Source of the DNA: Diplonema japonicum
Taxonomy: Eukaryota; Protista; Euglenozoa: Diplonemea
Assembly: GCA_964019335.1 (NCBI GenBank)
Contig: OZ025699.1
Span: 464,226-528,225 of the forward strand
Direction: 5' to 3'
Length of the DNA: 64,000 nucleotides
The notes beneath the pieces were generated by a model. That model was given only the letters and a program-made list of their open reading frames with translations, was not told where the DNA came from and did no database searches. This document shows positions 22,073 to 33,913 of this stretch, one piece after another. Each line of letters starts with the position of its first letter. Position 1 is the stretch's first letter. The position numbers were made by a program, and so were the translations under genes.

Positions 22073-22279
22073 GTGTCCGACCGTGCCAATAAAGTTCACA
22101 CAGCAACGGTTTGAAAAGAAAATACAAATATTGGAAGTTGAAGCGCGACACAGATCAGCAACGTAAAGGAGAAGAGAAGAGAAGAGAAGAGAAGAAAAAT
22201 CGAGTCATATCAGATCATATCAGATCATATCAGATCACAGCAAACACATTGACAATCTAAGCTACCGCGTCAGTCTAAG

Positions 22280-24512
22280 ATGGACGTTCACAAAGCTTTG
22301 AAGGGGTACGGGATGACAGCCCGCGGGAAGGGGTACCGGATTGGAAACGGAAACTCCTTCTACGGAGTGGTCGGAGAGAAGACGGGAAAGAAGGGGAGCG
22401 ACGTTAGGCGCCGCATGATACAAGAGCTGCGAGGAAGCGAGGAGTACCGGGCGAGTGTCATCGGAGACTACGACCTGTACTGCTCCCAGCACGCCAGGGA
22501 GGGGACCGCCGCGGACCCGGTTACCATCCAAGCCACCGCCCGCGCACTGAAGACCGACATCCACCTGATTACGGCCGACGGCGGCGCCCTCATCGTCTCC
22601 CCTATCGTGGGAGAGTCCAAGTCCAAGAAGCAGCCCATCCACGTCGCCTTCGACGGCCGGGCATACCTCAACGCCACGGAGCCGTTCAACGTGAACGTGC
22701 TGAAGAAAGCTATGCAGCAGTTCAAGCTGCCACGGGTCGGGATTCCAACCTCAGACGGAGAGGCGAAGGCATGGAGGGGACCGAACAGCAAGCCACCACG
22801 GAAGGAACCGCAGGCAAAGAAATGCTGGCTCCTCGAGCAGGGACAGTTCGACCTACCCTTCATAGAGTGGGAAGAGCTGGTGGCAGGAAAAGATGGCATA
22901 GCCATCGCGACCGAGGTCAACGTGGAGGAGGCAGAAAAGATGTCCTGGGACGGGAACAAGGCAGTCCTCCTCAACGCAACGGCAAGGGTCGATACGAACA
23001 CGACGTCGTGCTCAAGGCGGCTGGAGAGTACTCGAACAGGACAATGTTCTTGCACGTACTGAGCGGAAAGATCTCGCGCTCTCAAAAAAACAAAAACACG
23101 GTGGGTATTGACCTGGCCGCGATGTACACGCGGGTAGCTTTCGTCGTCTCGAAGACGCACACCCCAGCCCAGACATGGGAGAGGGTGACCTCCGAACCCC
23201 GGAAGCTGGTCCAGGAGATGCTGGGCTGTAGAACGATCCACAGGATCGACAAATACGTGGATGGACCGGCCCCAAGGGTTGACGTGCTCGTCACGATCGC
23301 AACCGAGAACCGCCGCCGCCTCGTAGGTGCATCCGGGAAGATGGGGGTCTTCGTCAAGCCGAAGGACGTGGAGAAGTCCCCTGTCGCCTGGCTCCCGAAG
23401 GAGATCACTCTGGAAGAGGCACTCGAGCTGGCGGAGACTGAGAAGCAGGGGTTAGCGCTGCGCGAATCCGACGGCCGTCTCGGGGTGAGGACATCGGAGG
23501 AGAGGAAAACCACGCTCCTCGACAAGGTATTAGGCGAGGAGGAGCGACAACGCGGGCAGCATGGGGAGCCCAGGTGGCGTTTGTCGGGACTGTACGGGCA
23601 GTGCGGAGCCGAACACGTTGAGGCGATACTCGAGGCGATTAAGTGGGAGGCCACGGCGGATGGTGCAACAGCATGAGGTGCTGGTACATCCGAGGGGGCG
23701 AACCCCCAACCACGTCACTGAAGATCACGTCCCCAACTGGGCGGGTCCTCAACTGCAGGATAGCTCCCGACGTTAGAAACCGACCCGCCAAAAAGACACC
23801 GCCAGCTCAGTCCTGGGGAAGGCCGAAAACGGGGACCACAAACAACGCGGGCAAGTCGTACCTCGGAGCAGTGACGGGGTCCTCTCAACCAGACCACAAA
23901 CCACCAGCTTCAGGAAAGAAGGTTGCCCCTGCGGGTAAAGCCGCCCCACCGAAGTCCGGTAAGTCGCCCACAACATCGAAGAAAGCCGATCCCCCGGCCT
24001 TTGAGGACCGCCTCACAGCAATCGAAAACGCACTTCGTAAACTAGCAGGGGAACCGGTCAGCGACGTCAAGCCGCCGGCTGAGGTGGTCAGTCTACGGAG
24101 GGAGAACGCGGAGCTACGGGAGGAGGTCCGGCAGATGCACATCCAGATGGCCGCGCTCACCGAGCAAATTAAGAGACTCACGGAAGCGACGCTCTCGAAG
24201 CCCGTCCCCGGGAACCGGGCCCCGATGATGCGCCCTGCTGCCGGGGAGGAGATGATGGACGACTCCGAAGATGACTTGGGTCCCCCCCCAACTGACGATG
24301 ACACCGACATCGACCTGGACGAGGGCCCCGCCGACATTGACGACTGCCTGGGCAAGGGCATCTGCCACGTCTACAACGGGACATATCAATGCTGGAAGGG
24401 TGTATGCCACTACTGCGGCGGGAACATCACAAAGAGCAACCCAGCACAGACCTGCATATTACCAGACTGCAAAAGGGTAAAATGCCGCGGGTGCGAACAA
24501 TGCGAACAATGA
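22280..24512 (+). pseudogene. LINE ORF1 (OTU-like N-terminus, central domain, coiled coil, Cys-rich C-terminus), with frameshifts near 23000 and 23660
   Basis: Three overlapping + ORFs (22280-23062, 22771-23676, 23643-24512) join into one plausible protein. The frameshifts could be real decay or sequencing indels. Confidence 0.7.
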
Positions 24513-24605
24513 CTCCATGAGGGCTCCCCCCAAACCCACCCCCCAAACCCATTCCCTCCGCCCCGTTCCCATCCTTCCAAATACAATCCGATACGCTTAT
24601 CTGAC

Positions 24606-27600
24606 ATGAAATTTGAACGTCTCACCGAACAGGGTATCGAACCCCACCCCGGACCAGAGCCAGAACACGAGAAATTCACCATTTTCACACACAACGGCTC
24701 ATCACTTAACAACAGGCTGAGCGAGTACTCCACCGTCCTCCCGGACGCATTCTGCATCCAGGAGACAGCCCTCACGGCTCAGACGCAGCTGGAAATCGAA
24801 CACGTGCTGAGAGACGATGACTGGGGCAAACGATACGCCAGATTCTGGAGCAAGCCACAGCCAGGCAGGGAGTCCAGTGGTGTCACATCTCTGACGATAG
24901 CGAAAGCAAACGGTGGCTTCACCTGATCAACGTCTACTGCCACTCGGGCCAGGACCAAGCCAAGACGAAATACCGTGAAGAGCTTCTCCACTACATCCTT
25001 TGCCGTCTTAAGTTCGAACTGGGAGACGTGCCTGTGGCCGTGGTGGGCGATTTCAACACGGACGAAGTACGATCCCCCACGTTAAGGAAAGCTATACAGA
25101 CAGACTGGGTAGACGCCGCTGCGTTCTGTGCAAGAAGGGATGGTGTGCAGGCGGAGGACACGTTCGTTAGGACCAACTGCAGCACGAGGATTGACAGGGT
25201 CCTGCTGAATAACATCGCGGCCCAAGGTCTCGAACATTGCGGAGTAAGCGATATGATCACCGGGTCGGACCACCGATGCTTGTCGGTGACACTCAACATC
25301 CCAGCTTTTCGTCAAGAAGTCCTGAGGTACACCATCCCACAGGAGATACCGAAGACCAAGAAGGCGCCTGGCGAGGTGGCGAAGGCACTGATGCAGAAGT
25401 CGAGGTACCGGGAGTTCATAGCAGCACAGGAGCCCACCGAAGCTTTCTCGGAGATATCAGACCTCGCAGAGGAGTACCTATTACATGGGTACAAGGGGCC
25501 GACGCGCAGCGTGTACACCGGGAGAGGCAAAGTACGGGAACCTACGAAATCGGAGCTAAGTGCGAGGTCGGCGGAGTCGGCGGTCGGAGCGGCATCGAAC
25601 AGACAACAAAGACTGGAAAAGCTGAAGCACAAGATCCGCAGTGCGCAACAGCAAATGCTAAGGCTTTATGAAAACGGACACTGCGGTCCGCTGCCGGTAG
25701 AGTTACGGAACGTCCTCAGAAATATTGCGACACTAGGAGAAGAACTGAAGGTTGACAACTGCCAGGTGGACGCGACAGGGGGTATCGACGGCATCAGGGA
25801 GGAGCTGGACATAGCAGAGGACTTCGCTCAGGGAATGCTATCAGAGCTACTCCAATACCGCAAGAGAACGCAGACGAAGGCCTACGAACGCTCAGTCCGT
25901 GCTGACTTTGGGAAAGAACGCAAGCACATCACAGCCTGGGTCAGAGACCGCCCAAACCAGAGAACGGACGTGGTTGAGGTAGCAGACGGAGGGGTGACGG
26001 CGAACCTACAGGAAATGGACAAGGTGATGCGGAACGCGTGGTCGGGCGTCTTCTGTGCGCGAACACCCGAGGAAGAGCCACAGTATGAGCGGTTTGCACA
26101 ACGTTACGGGGACCTGATCAAGAAAGCCCCAATGGCACGGACTCCCATCACAGCAGAACAGCTGAGGGAAGTGATCAGGAAGAAGCCGGAGAAAGGAGCA
26201 TGTGGCGTGGACGGTTGGCGGATGAGTGAACTGAAGCGTCTCCCAACGAGCATCCTGAAGGCTTTCGCAGACCTCTTCAACCTGATCGAGGAAACAGGCC
26301 AGTGGCCGAGACAGATCACGACAGCACTGGTGTCCCTGATTCCGAAGGGTGAGGGGTCAGCACCACTGAATCATCGTCCCATCACAGTGACCAGCACCAT
26401 CTACCGCTTGTGGGCGTGTACGAGGCTGAAGGGTGTCTTGACTGGCAAGAACGCTGGATCACGCCGAGACAGCACGGGTTTCGACCCAAACACAGTACGA
26501 CAACTGCCCTCATGGAGTTATGTACCAAGCTGGAACTAGCTCTGGTGGAAGGAGAACCGCTGGAAGGACTAGCCCTAGACTTTCGGAAATGCTTCGATCT
26601 AGTGCCACAACGGCTGTCTCTCGACCTCATGGACGCCCTGGGGATGGACCAATCCATAGGGAGAGCACTCCAAGGGATGTACACCCAAATCACAAGGAGG
26701 TTCAAGTACCCCATAGGAGTGGGAGAAACATTTGAGACAACGAACGGAATTCTCCAAGGATGCCCCCTGTCAGTCATCGTCCCCTGTCAGTCATCGCCCT
26801 GTCAGTCATCGCCCTGTCAGTCATCGCCCTGTTGTCCATCATGGTGCGGGCAGTCGAGCAAGTCGCGCCAGACGCCGAAGTGCTAGCCTACGCTGACGAC
26901 GCATACCTGCTGGCAAAGCTGCGTGGCTCACTACAAGCTGCGGTCAATGGGACATTGGAGTTCTGCGACCTGACGGGGATGGAAATCAAGAGAAGACTGT
27001 TGGTTTCGGCACTGCTGAAGATTTCAAGTCGAAAGTCATAGGAAACCGAACGGAGATGAGGAAAGGCTTGGAGGTCGCGGTACCCTACAAGACGGTGACA
27101 GACCTCTGCGGACTGGGGGTGAAGATCAACAGACGCAGGACAGGAACGACGTGGAACAAACCGACCACGGGGGCGCTTGGCTCGCTGGACCGACTGGGGG
27201 GCACAAGGATTGCTTTCGAAACCAAAGCACACTTGGTCAGCACGACGGTCCTGCCATCTTGCCTATACAGTGGGCCGTTCTCCCCTCCATGTGATGAGGC
27301 ACTCAAGAAGCTAACGACGAAGATCACTTGTAACCTGTGGGGCCCTCATCACCGTGGACGGTCGCCCACCGCGGTAAACACAGTCCTGCTGAAGGGGCAC
27401 ACCAATGACCCCCTTTCCTACGTAATGTACCACTCCCTGAAGGTAGTATCCGGAGCACTCGATGACAGTCGGCTACGGCAGAGATGCATACAGATCGCTG
27501 CGGGGTATGACGCGGGTTCCATCCCGATGGGGCCGGTTGGCAACCTGGTCTGCCGGTGGCTTCCCCGAATAGGATGGAGTTGGGCGCAGCTACTAGGTTG

Positions 27601-28718
27601 CAACACATCTTGGGCCGAACGCGGACACATCTTTAGAGAGGTGGTGAGGAAGGCCCGAAGTAGGACGCTGGCGGTCGAGAGGAGCACGATAAGCGGGATA
27701 GAGCCGGGGGCGGACCCCAAGACGAACCGATTATGGAGGACGGCCAAGGACCCGCTCATGTCCTACAGCCTGAGACGAGTGATCGCAGGAGGGGTTCCCT
27801 ACCTAAACCCGCACGCAAATGCGAAGCGAAAGAGCGTCCCACTGGCGCCTGAAGGTGACGACAACGGTGACGACGAGGAGAACATGGGCCAGGCACCAAC
27901 GACGGAGGTATCGCACACGCAAGGATTCAGATGCGACCTGTGCAAGTCTCCACACCCGGACACGGTGACCTTACTCCGCCATCAGCTGTATGAGTGCGCC
28001 TGTGCACAAGAGGAACTGGCACTAGACGGAATGGAGCCGTTGCGCAACAGATCAGGATGGCCCCTATGTCTGGAGCTGCACGCGATACTGCCGAGGGGGC
28101 ATGTCTTCGCACACCTGGAGAAGCTGCAGCAGTACATGGCTGTGGTGGTCGGGAAACGGGATGTGGAGCTCATGCAAATAGACAACGCCAGCACACAGCC
28201 GCTGCCGTGGGTACGCAATGTGGAGGGAAGGAGATGCCTCGTGCCAACGGCGGGGGAGCTCGAAGGAGTGGGAGGAATCGTCGCAGAATTCTTGAACCCG
28301 CTGCTGCAGTGGTTGTCACAGCTACGATGGGTGAAGGAGGACACCAGCTCTGAAGTGTCAGCGGTGGAATTGGCCATCGACTTCGAATGGACGACAGGCA
28401 AGTTACTGGGAGGTCTGCTGGAAGATAGGGCTCGCAAGATCATAGCACTGATAAGAAAGCTGAACGCGGCATGCAGGGCACGGAAGAAGCCACGCCCCTT
28501 CCCAGCAGATGAACAGAAGAGAGTGAAGTCCCTCATCGCAATAGGTGGGAAGACGGCTATGGGTTCGCCAGGAGGCCCATCTTCGCCACCCACTCCACGC
28601 ACGACAAGCTGATGGAACTGAAAGCCGCTTACAAGCGAGACCGCATCACACGACTCCGCAAGACGCTCAAGGCCTCGATTGGAACGAAAGCAATGCTCCA
28701 GAAGGGGAGTATAAATAG
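24606..28718 (+). pseudogene. LINE ORF2 (APE-RT-CCHC), disrupted
   Basis: Pieces at 24606-24926, 25028-26539, 26410-26886, 26760-27041 and 27056-28612. The C-terminus (KAMLQKGSINR) is shared with the copy at 36008-37249. Confidence 0.85.
26764..26832 (+). repeat. 15-nt tandem repeat (CCCTGTCAGTCATCG) x4 inside the RT QGCPLS motif
   Basis: Directly visible; one unit is 17 nt, which causes a frameshift. Confidence 0.9.
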
Positions 28719-28777
28719 ATAGCCCCCCCCAACCCACCCAAGGGCGGCCCTCCATGAGGGGGTTTGTCCTGCACTTT

Positions 28778-28820
<43 letters not shown>

Positions 28821-29513
28821 CCCCTAGCCCTCGCTTTCTCAATCGATCAAAAAAAAAGTTTTTTTTTTTGATGTGATTGATTTTTTTTTTTTAATTATTC
28901 GTTCTCTCATTTTTTTTTTACACCCCCTCTTTTTGCTTTTTTTTGAGACTTAAGAAAGAAGAAAAGGGGGGGGGGGGGGGGGTGAAGAGGATGGGGGGAA
29001 TTGTGCAAATCTGCTCTCCCCCTGCAAAAAAAAAGAAGAAAAAAAAAACGAGCGAAAAAAAAATTGTTTTCTCTCATTTTTACTTTTTTTTTCTCCCCTT
29101 TTATTTCCCCTTCCTTCCCCCTTCTTTTACTTTTTTTTGAGACTTAAGAAAGAAGAAGGGCAAGGAGGGGATGGGGAGAGAACCGGAACATATGCTCAAA
29201 CAAAAAAAAAAAAAAAAAAAAAAAAACAAAAAAAACATATCTACCATATCTGCAAAACTTCTGCTGCCTCTCTAAATCCCCCACTGTGCTGCAGTGAATT
29301 TCCCTTCCCCCCCCACCTTTTTTTTCCCCATGCCAAAAAAAAAACGTTACTTTTATTTTTCCTCCCCCCTCCCCCATTCGTTTTCCCCCCAGCACCAACA
29401 CCAAACAGGGTTTTCTTTTGCTTCTTTTTTTTTTCTTCTTTTTTTTTTTTCTTTGGGGGAGGAGAGGGGATTTTTTTTTTGTCCCCTCTTTGGGTTTAAA
29501 AAAAAAAAAAAAA

Positions 29514-31783
29514 ATGGGGCTCACCGACGAGCAACAGGACCTGATGGAGGAGAGCTGGAAGATGGTAAACAGCGCGGGACTCGACCAGCTGGGCTTCAGG
29601 CACTACAAGATCCTGGTGCAGATGGGCGGCGACGAAATCAGAACCATGTTTATGTACACCCATCTGGACAGACAGCAGAAAATGCTTATATCAACAATGA
29701 AATGGATGATGTTCAACGTGAATAACTCGGAAGGGCTGAGAAGGCTAGCCCTATACCACGCGCACCTAAAGGTCACCGAAAGACTTTTCGGACTATTTGG
29801 AAAAGCCTTCATCGAGGCCATGAAGGAGACGGTGGGTCCTCAATTCGACCTTAAGTACCAAACAGCTTGGGCTACTGCTTATCAACTCATCGCCGACTCT
29901 TTCGTGAAATTTTTAAAAGTGTATGGGGAACAAGTAACCCGCGCTGCGAAGGAAGAAGAAGAAGTCGCAAAACGAAATACCTACAACGAGCTACGAAACT
30001 ATTTTAGAGACGAACGGGCAGAGAATTTTCTCGCCTTGTCGGACAAAGAGGGTTCCGTGTACGTCTCTCAGTACGAGCGGGAGCAGCTCCCCACATCAGT
30101 GGAACAACACGACAGGACCATGTTTCGAAAAAGGTGGTTGGTTCTAAGAGGCAGATACCTTTACATCCAGAAGAAAGAGAACCAACCTCCTCAAAACATT
30201 CTCGACTTGGGCTATTGTTCACTTGAGGACACCTCTACCCCCGGTGGAAGGCTTCCCTCCCCATCTCCCTTTTCATTCGCGCTAACCGACGATACCGGCA
30301 TGGTCACGTATTTCCTACTATCTGGTGACGATGAAAAAGAAGTCTGGGGGCAGATTCTACTCCAGGTCCTCTCAAGATTTTATTACTTAAGAGAGGCTGT
30401 TCCAAGATCAACTGGTGTGTTGTCCATCACCGTGTTAGGCGAAGAACTCATACCGAAAGAATTTTGTGAGGATGATTTTGAAATGCTTGTGCTTATAGGT
30501 AAAGGGACCTTCGGCAAGGTGTACAAGGTGAAGGAGGTTGCCACAGGGAAGATCTATGCGGTAAAGGTGTTGAAGAAATCCGCATTGAAGCGCGAGTCGC
30601 AGATCACAGACCTGAGAAACGAGAAGGGGATCTTGCTAAACATCTCGCACCCGTTCATCGTGAAGCTGCATGCTACCTTCCAGTCGAAAGACCGGCTCTT
30701 CTTACTATTCACCTTCCTCAGCGGAGGCGAGTTGTTCTTCCACATCCAACAGTCAGAGTCGTATTTCTCGGTATTTTTTTTTGGGGGGGGGACCAATGTT
30801 TCCAACCTCCCTGTGGTGGTTCCTGGTAATTGTGGTTTGGAGAAACACAAGCGAAAGGGAAACTCTCGTTCTAAAGCCGTACACGTGGGGAAACCTGAAC
30901 GGGGGTGGAGAGCCCACCCTACGCGTGGCGCCAGTTAGCATCGCCCTCAACGGAGAGTCCCTTATCCCATTACATCGAACAAGGAGGTGGCTTCACCAGG
31001 TCAGGCAAGTAGCCTCCCCGCGGCATCGTGCCAGTGAAGCTAGCCTCCCACAACTCTCTAGTTGGTGTTTAATTGCTTCTGTGGCCCCTCTCCCTATTTC
31101 AATTTCCAAGCTTTCTTTACCTCTCCACTTTTACTTTCTACGGGACCACAGGGGACTTGGGAGGCTTCGGGGCGAAGTTTCACAAGGGTGGCCGCTGTGT
31201 CACATACTGCATGGCACCACTAAAATCGAGACAACTTTTTTTTTTTTTTAAAGTCGATGGTGACCTTTAACGTTGATCCTGACCTGCTGAGGGTGTGCCT
31301 GCTGAGGGTGTGCCTGCTGAGGGTGTGTGCCTGCTGAGGGTGTGTGCCTGCGTCCTTTTGGTGAACTCTTCCACGTACACCTTGTCAAGCTCCACACGGC
31401 CTCCTTCGCCTAAGTGCAGCACCACCATACCAGCATCCGTCAGCACGGAAGTCCCTAGGGATTCTGACTTTATCGTTTCCCGTCGCATCTTCTTTTCTTG
31501 GATCACCATCTTATAATTGTAAAAACCCCCTTTTTTTTTTTTTTTTTTGCTTACGCTCCATATTCGCTAATGTGACCCGGCCTATGTCCTAAAAGGATTA
31601 TAAATAAAGATAATTTGTTTCCCCCTCCCCCCCCCTCCCCCAAATAAAAAACCTTCAGGAAGCCAAGTCTCGTTTCTACATCGCCGAGACCGCGCTGGCG
31701 GTGTCGTACCTCCATGAGAACAACATTGTGCATCGTGATTTGAAGGCTGAGAACCTGGTGTTGAGCGCAGAGGGGTATGATTG

Positions 31784-31818
<35 letters not shown>

Positions 31819-32219
31819 CAGCCACGTGTGTTTGACCGATTTTGGCTTCGCAAAGACCATCGAGAAGGACGCGGTTCCAAACCAAACCTGTGGAACTCTA
31901 GCGTATATGGCCCCAGAGATCTTCTCGAAATCAGCAATGGGGTACGGACAGGAGGTGGACTGGTGGTCGTTGGGGGTCCTCTTGTTCAATATGCTAACCC
32001 TGTGCTACCCTTTCCTGAGGGCCACCACCATCGAGACTGTGACAGCCATCACCAGCGAACCGCTGAAGTTTCCAGAACAGCCCATTCTCAGCGAGGATGC
32101 CGTGGACTTGCTCATCCGATTGTTGACAAAACGGCCCAAAGACAGATTGACGGATATGAACGATATGAAGAACCACCCGTGGTTCAGAGGCTTCGATTGG
32201 GAGGCGTGTTTGAGGTTAG

Positions 32220-32256
<37 letters not shown>

Positions 32257-32656
32257 ACAGGAAAGAACTTGCCCCACCATTTGTGCCGATCTCGACAGGG
32301 CGGAACACGAAGTACTTCAGACCGTGTGAGAAGGGAACATCTTTGGCGAGGTGTGTTTCAATAAAAAACAAAAAAAAAAAAACAAAAAAAAAAAAAAAAA
32401 AAAATACAGCATTGCGCAAATAGAGGAACAGATGGAGTTGTCATCTTTTTTCGACGTTCACCAAACATATTTCACGCAGCACGTGGTGGCTGCAGAGAAG
32501 GGGACGAGAGATGCCTTAAATTCTAAGATGGACATTCAGGGCCTGATGACCAGAGGAGAGGAGCTGAAGCGAAGACAGGAGAGCGGCGAGGCAGAGGGTA
32601 CAGAGACCATTGATAAGACGACCGGCGATAAAGTAACAGACAAAGAAAAAGAGTGA
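29514..32656 (+). CDS. Globin-PH-AGC Ser/Thr kinase; 5 exons (29514-30770, 31659-31774, 31822-32214, 32261-32350, 32410-32656), 700 aa
   Basis: Globin motifs (SW helix A, B10 Tyr, CD1 Phe, E7 Gln, F8 His in YHAH, AW helix H); PH motifs (RKRWLVL...EKEVW); kinase motifs GKGTFGKV, YAVK, GGELFFH, HRDLKAEN, DFG, GTLAYMAPE, VDWWSLG; AGC tail DW...KELAPPFVP...NTKYF. Four GT-AG introns restore a continuous frame (exon total 2103 nt). Confidence 0.88.
30879..31055 (+). repeat. Dispersed repeat (copy in kinase intron 1; homolog at 39553-39672)
   Basis: Shared blocks GTACACGTGGGGAAACCTG, GTGGCGCCAG, TTCACCAGGTC.GGCAAGTAGCCTC.CCGCGGC and AGCCTCCCACAAC. Confidence 0.8.
31283..31350 (+). repeat. (CCTGCTGAGGGTGTG[TG])n tandem repeat, ~4 units
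   Basis: Directly visible in kinase intron 1. Confidence 0.85.
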
Positions 32657-33314
32657 TTTCTTTTCTTTTTTTTTTTTCTTCTTCTTTTTTTTTTAGCCCA
32701 TAAAATGAAATGATAGTGTTTTTTTTTTGGGGGGGATGAGGGGGGGGGTTCTTTTTTTAATTCTTTTCTCTTTTACATTTTGCGAGGGGGGGAGTAGGGG
32801 GGGGGGGGGGGGGGGGAGGGGGACAAAGAAAGAAAGATAAAGGGTGGGAGAAAAAAAGGGGGGGGGTACTATAGATCTCATAAAAAAAATGAAAAAAAAG
32901 GGGACAAAAGCTTTTTCTTCCCTGCCAAAATTAAGAGATTTACAGTAACGTCTTTTGTGTTTTTTTTTTCTTTTTTTTTTCTTCTTCTTTTTTTTGGTGG
33001 GCCGTTGCTAACCACTTTGTTTCCTATCATGCTGATTGAATGTTGAGTTGGGCCAGGGATAAAAGGAAAAATAAAAAGAATAAGAGAAGAAAAAAAAGGG
33101 GAAAAAAAAAAAGAAAAGAAACGAAAAAGAAGGAAAAAAAGAAACTGTAAGTTTTTTGATTATTATTTCCTCATAAAAATATTTTCTTCTGCTTTGCTTC
33201 TCAAAAGTAGTTGGTGGCAGCGTAATGAGCCATTTCAATTTTTTTAAAAGTAAAATTCCGAAATTTCTTTTTTTTTAAACAAATAATTTCGGGAATAATA
33301 CTTAAGAGGTTTAC

Positions 33315-33374
<60 letters not shown>

Positions 33375-33882
33375 AAGAGATTTATTAGCCCCTAAAGGAC
33401 CAATTGCCTATTTTACGGACACAGGAAACGGTGTGATGGCAGCAAGAGAGAAGAGAAAAAAAAAGAAAACTACGAGGAAAAGTGAAAAGCGTCCGCTTGG
33501 TCCTTTAGAGTTTAAAAAAAAAAAAAGAAAAAAAAAAGGATGAGACTTACTTCTTCTTTTTTATGTTCATTTTGTTTCTTTTCCCCCCCCCCCCCAAAGA
33601 GAGAAAAAAAAAGAAAAAAAGAAGAAAAAAAGAAAAGAAAAAAAAAAGGGCTCAAGGCAATTCGCAAAAAAGTTTCTTTTTCCCTCTCTTTTTTTTTTAA
33701 AGAAAGAAAGAATGAAACCACCGTATTTTGCTATTCCCCGCACCAACTGAAGGACCCCCTCCCTATGGACTATGTTGGCAAGGAAACGCGTTTCTAAGCT
33801 TTTTCTTTTTTTTTTTTTTTTTTTATTTTTTTTTTATTTTTTTTTTTAAGGGCCGTTTCTTCCCTCTGAGAAGGAAACGCGT

Positions 33883-33913
<31 letters not shown>

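Larger units (their letters stand above)
22034..28818 (+). mobile_element. Full-length non-LTR retrotransposon (LINE): ORF1 (pseudo-OTU, coiled coil, Cys-rich) and ORF2 (2A-like, APE, RT, CCHC); frameshifted
   Basis: APE motifs THNG, CIQET, VVGDFN, RIDRVL, SDH; RT motifs QGCPLS and YADD; C-terminal CDLC...H...C. 3' stem-loop followed by a T-tract. A second copy lies at 35930-37312. Confidence 0.9.

Noticed and set aside
22034-22150. Functional SL-RNA gene
   Set aside because: Single copy with no recognisable SL intron, Sm site or downstream T terminator; it runs directly into the LINE 5'UTR.
30771-32409. Kinase pseudogene or non-canonical euglenid-type introns
   Set aside because: All four interruptions have GT-AG ends that restore the frame and the conserved motifs.
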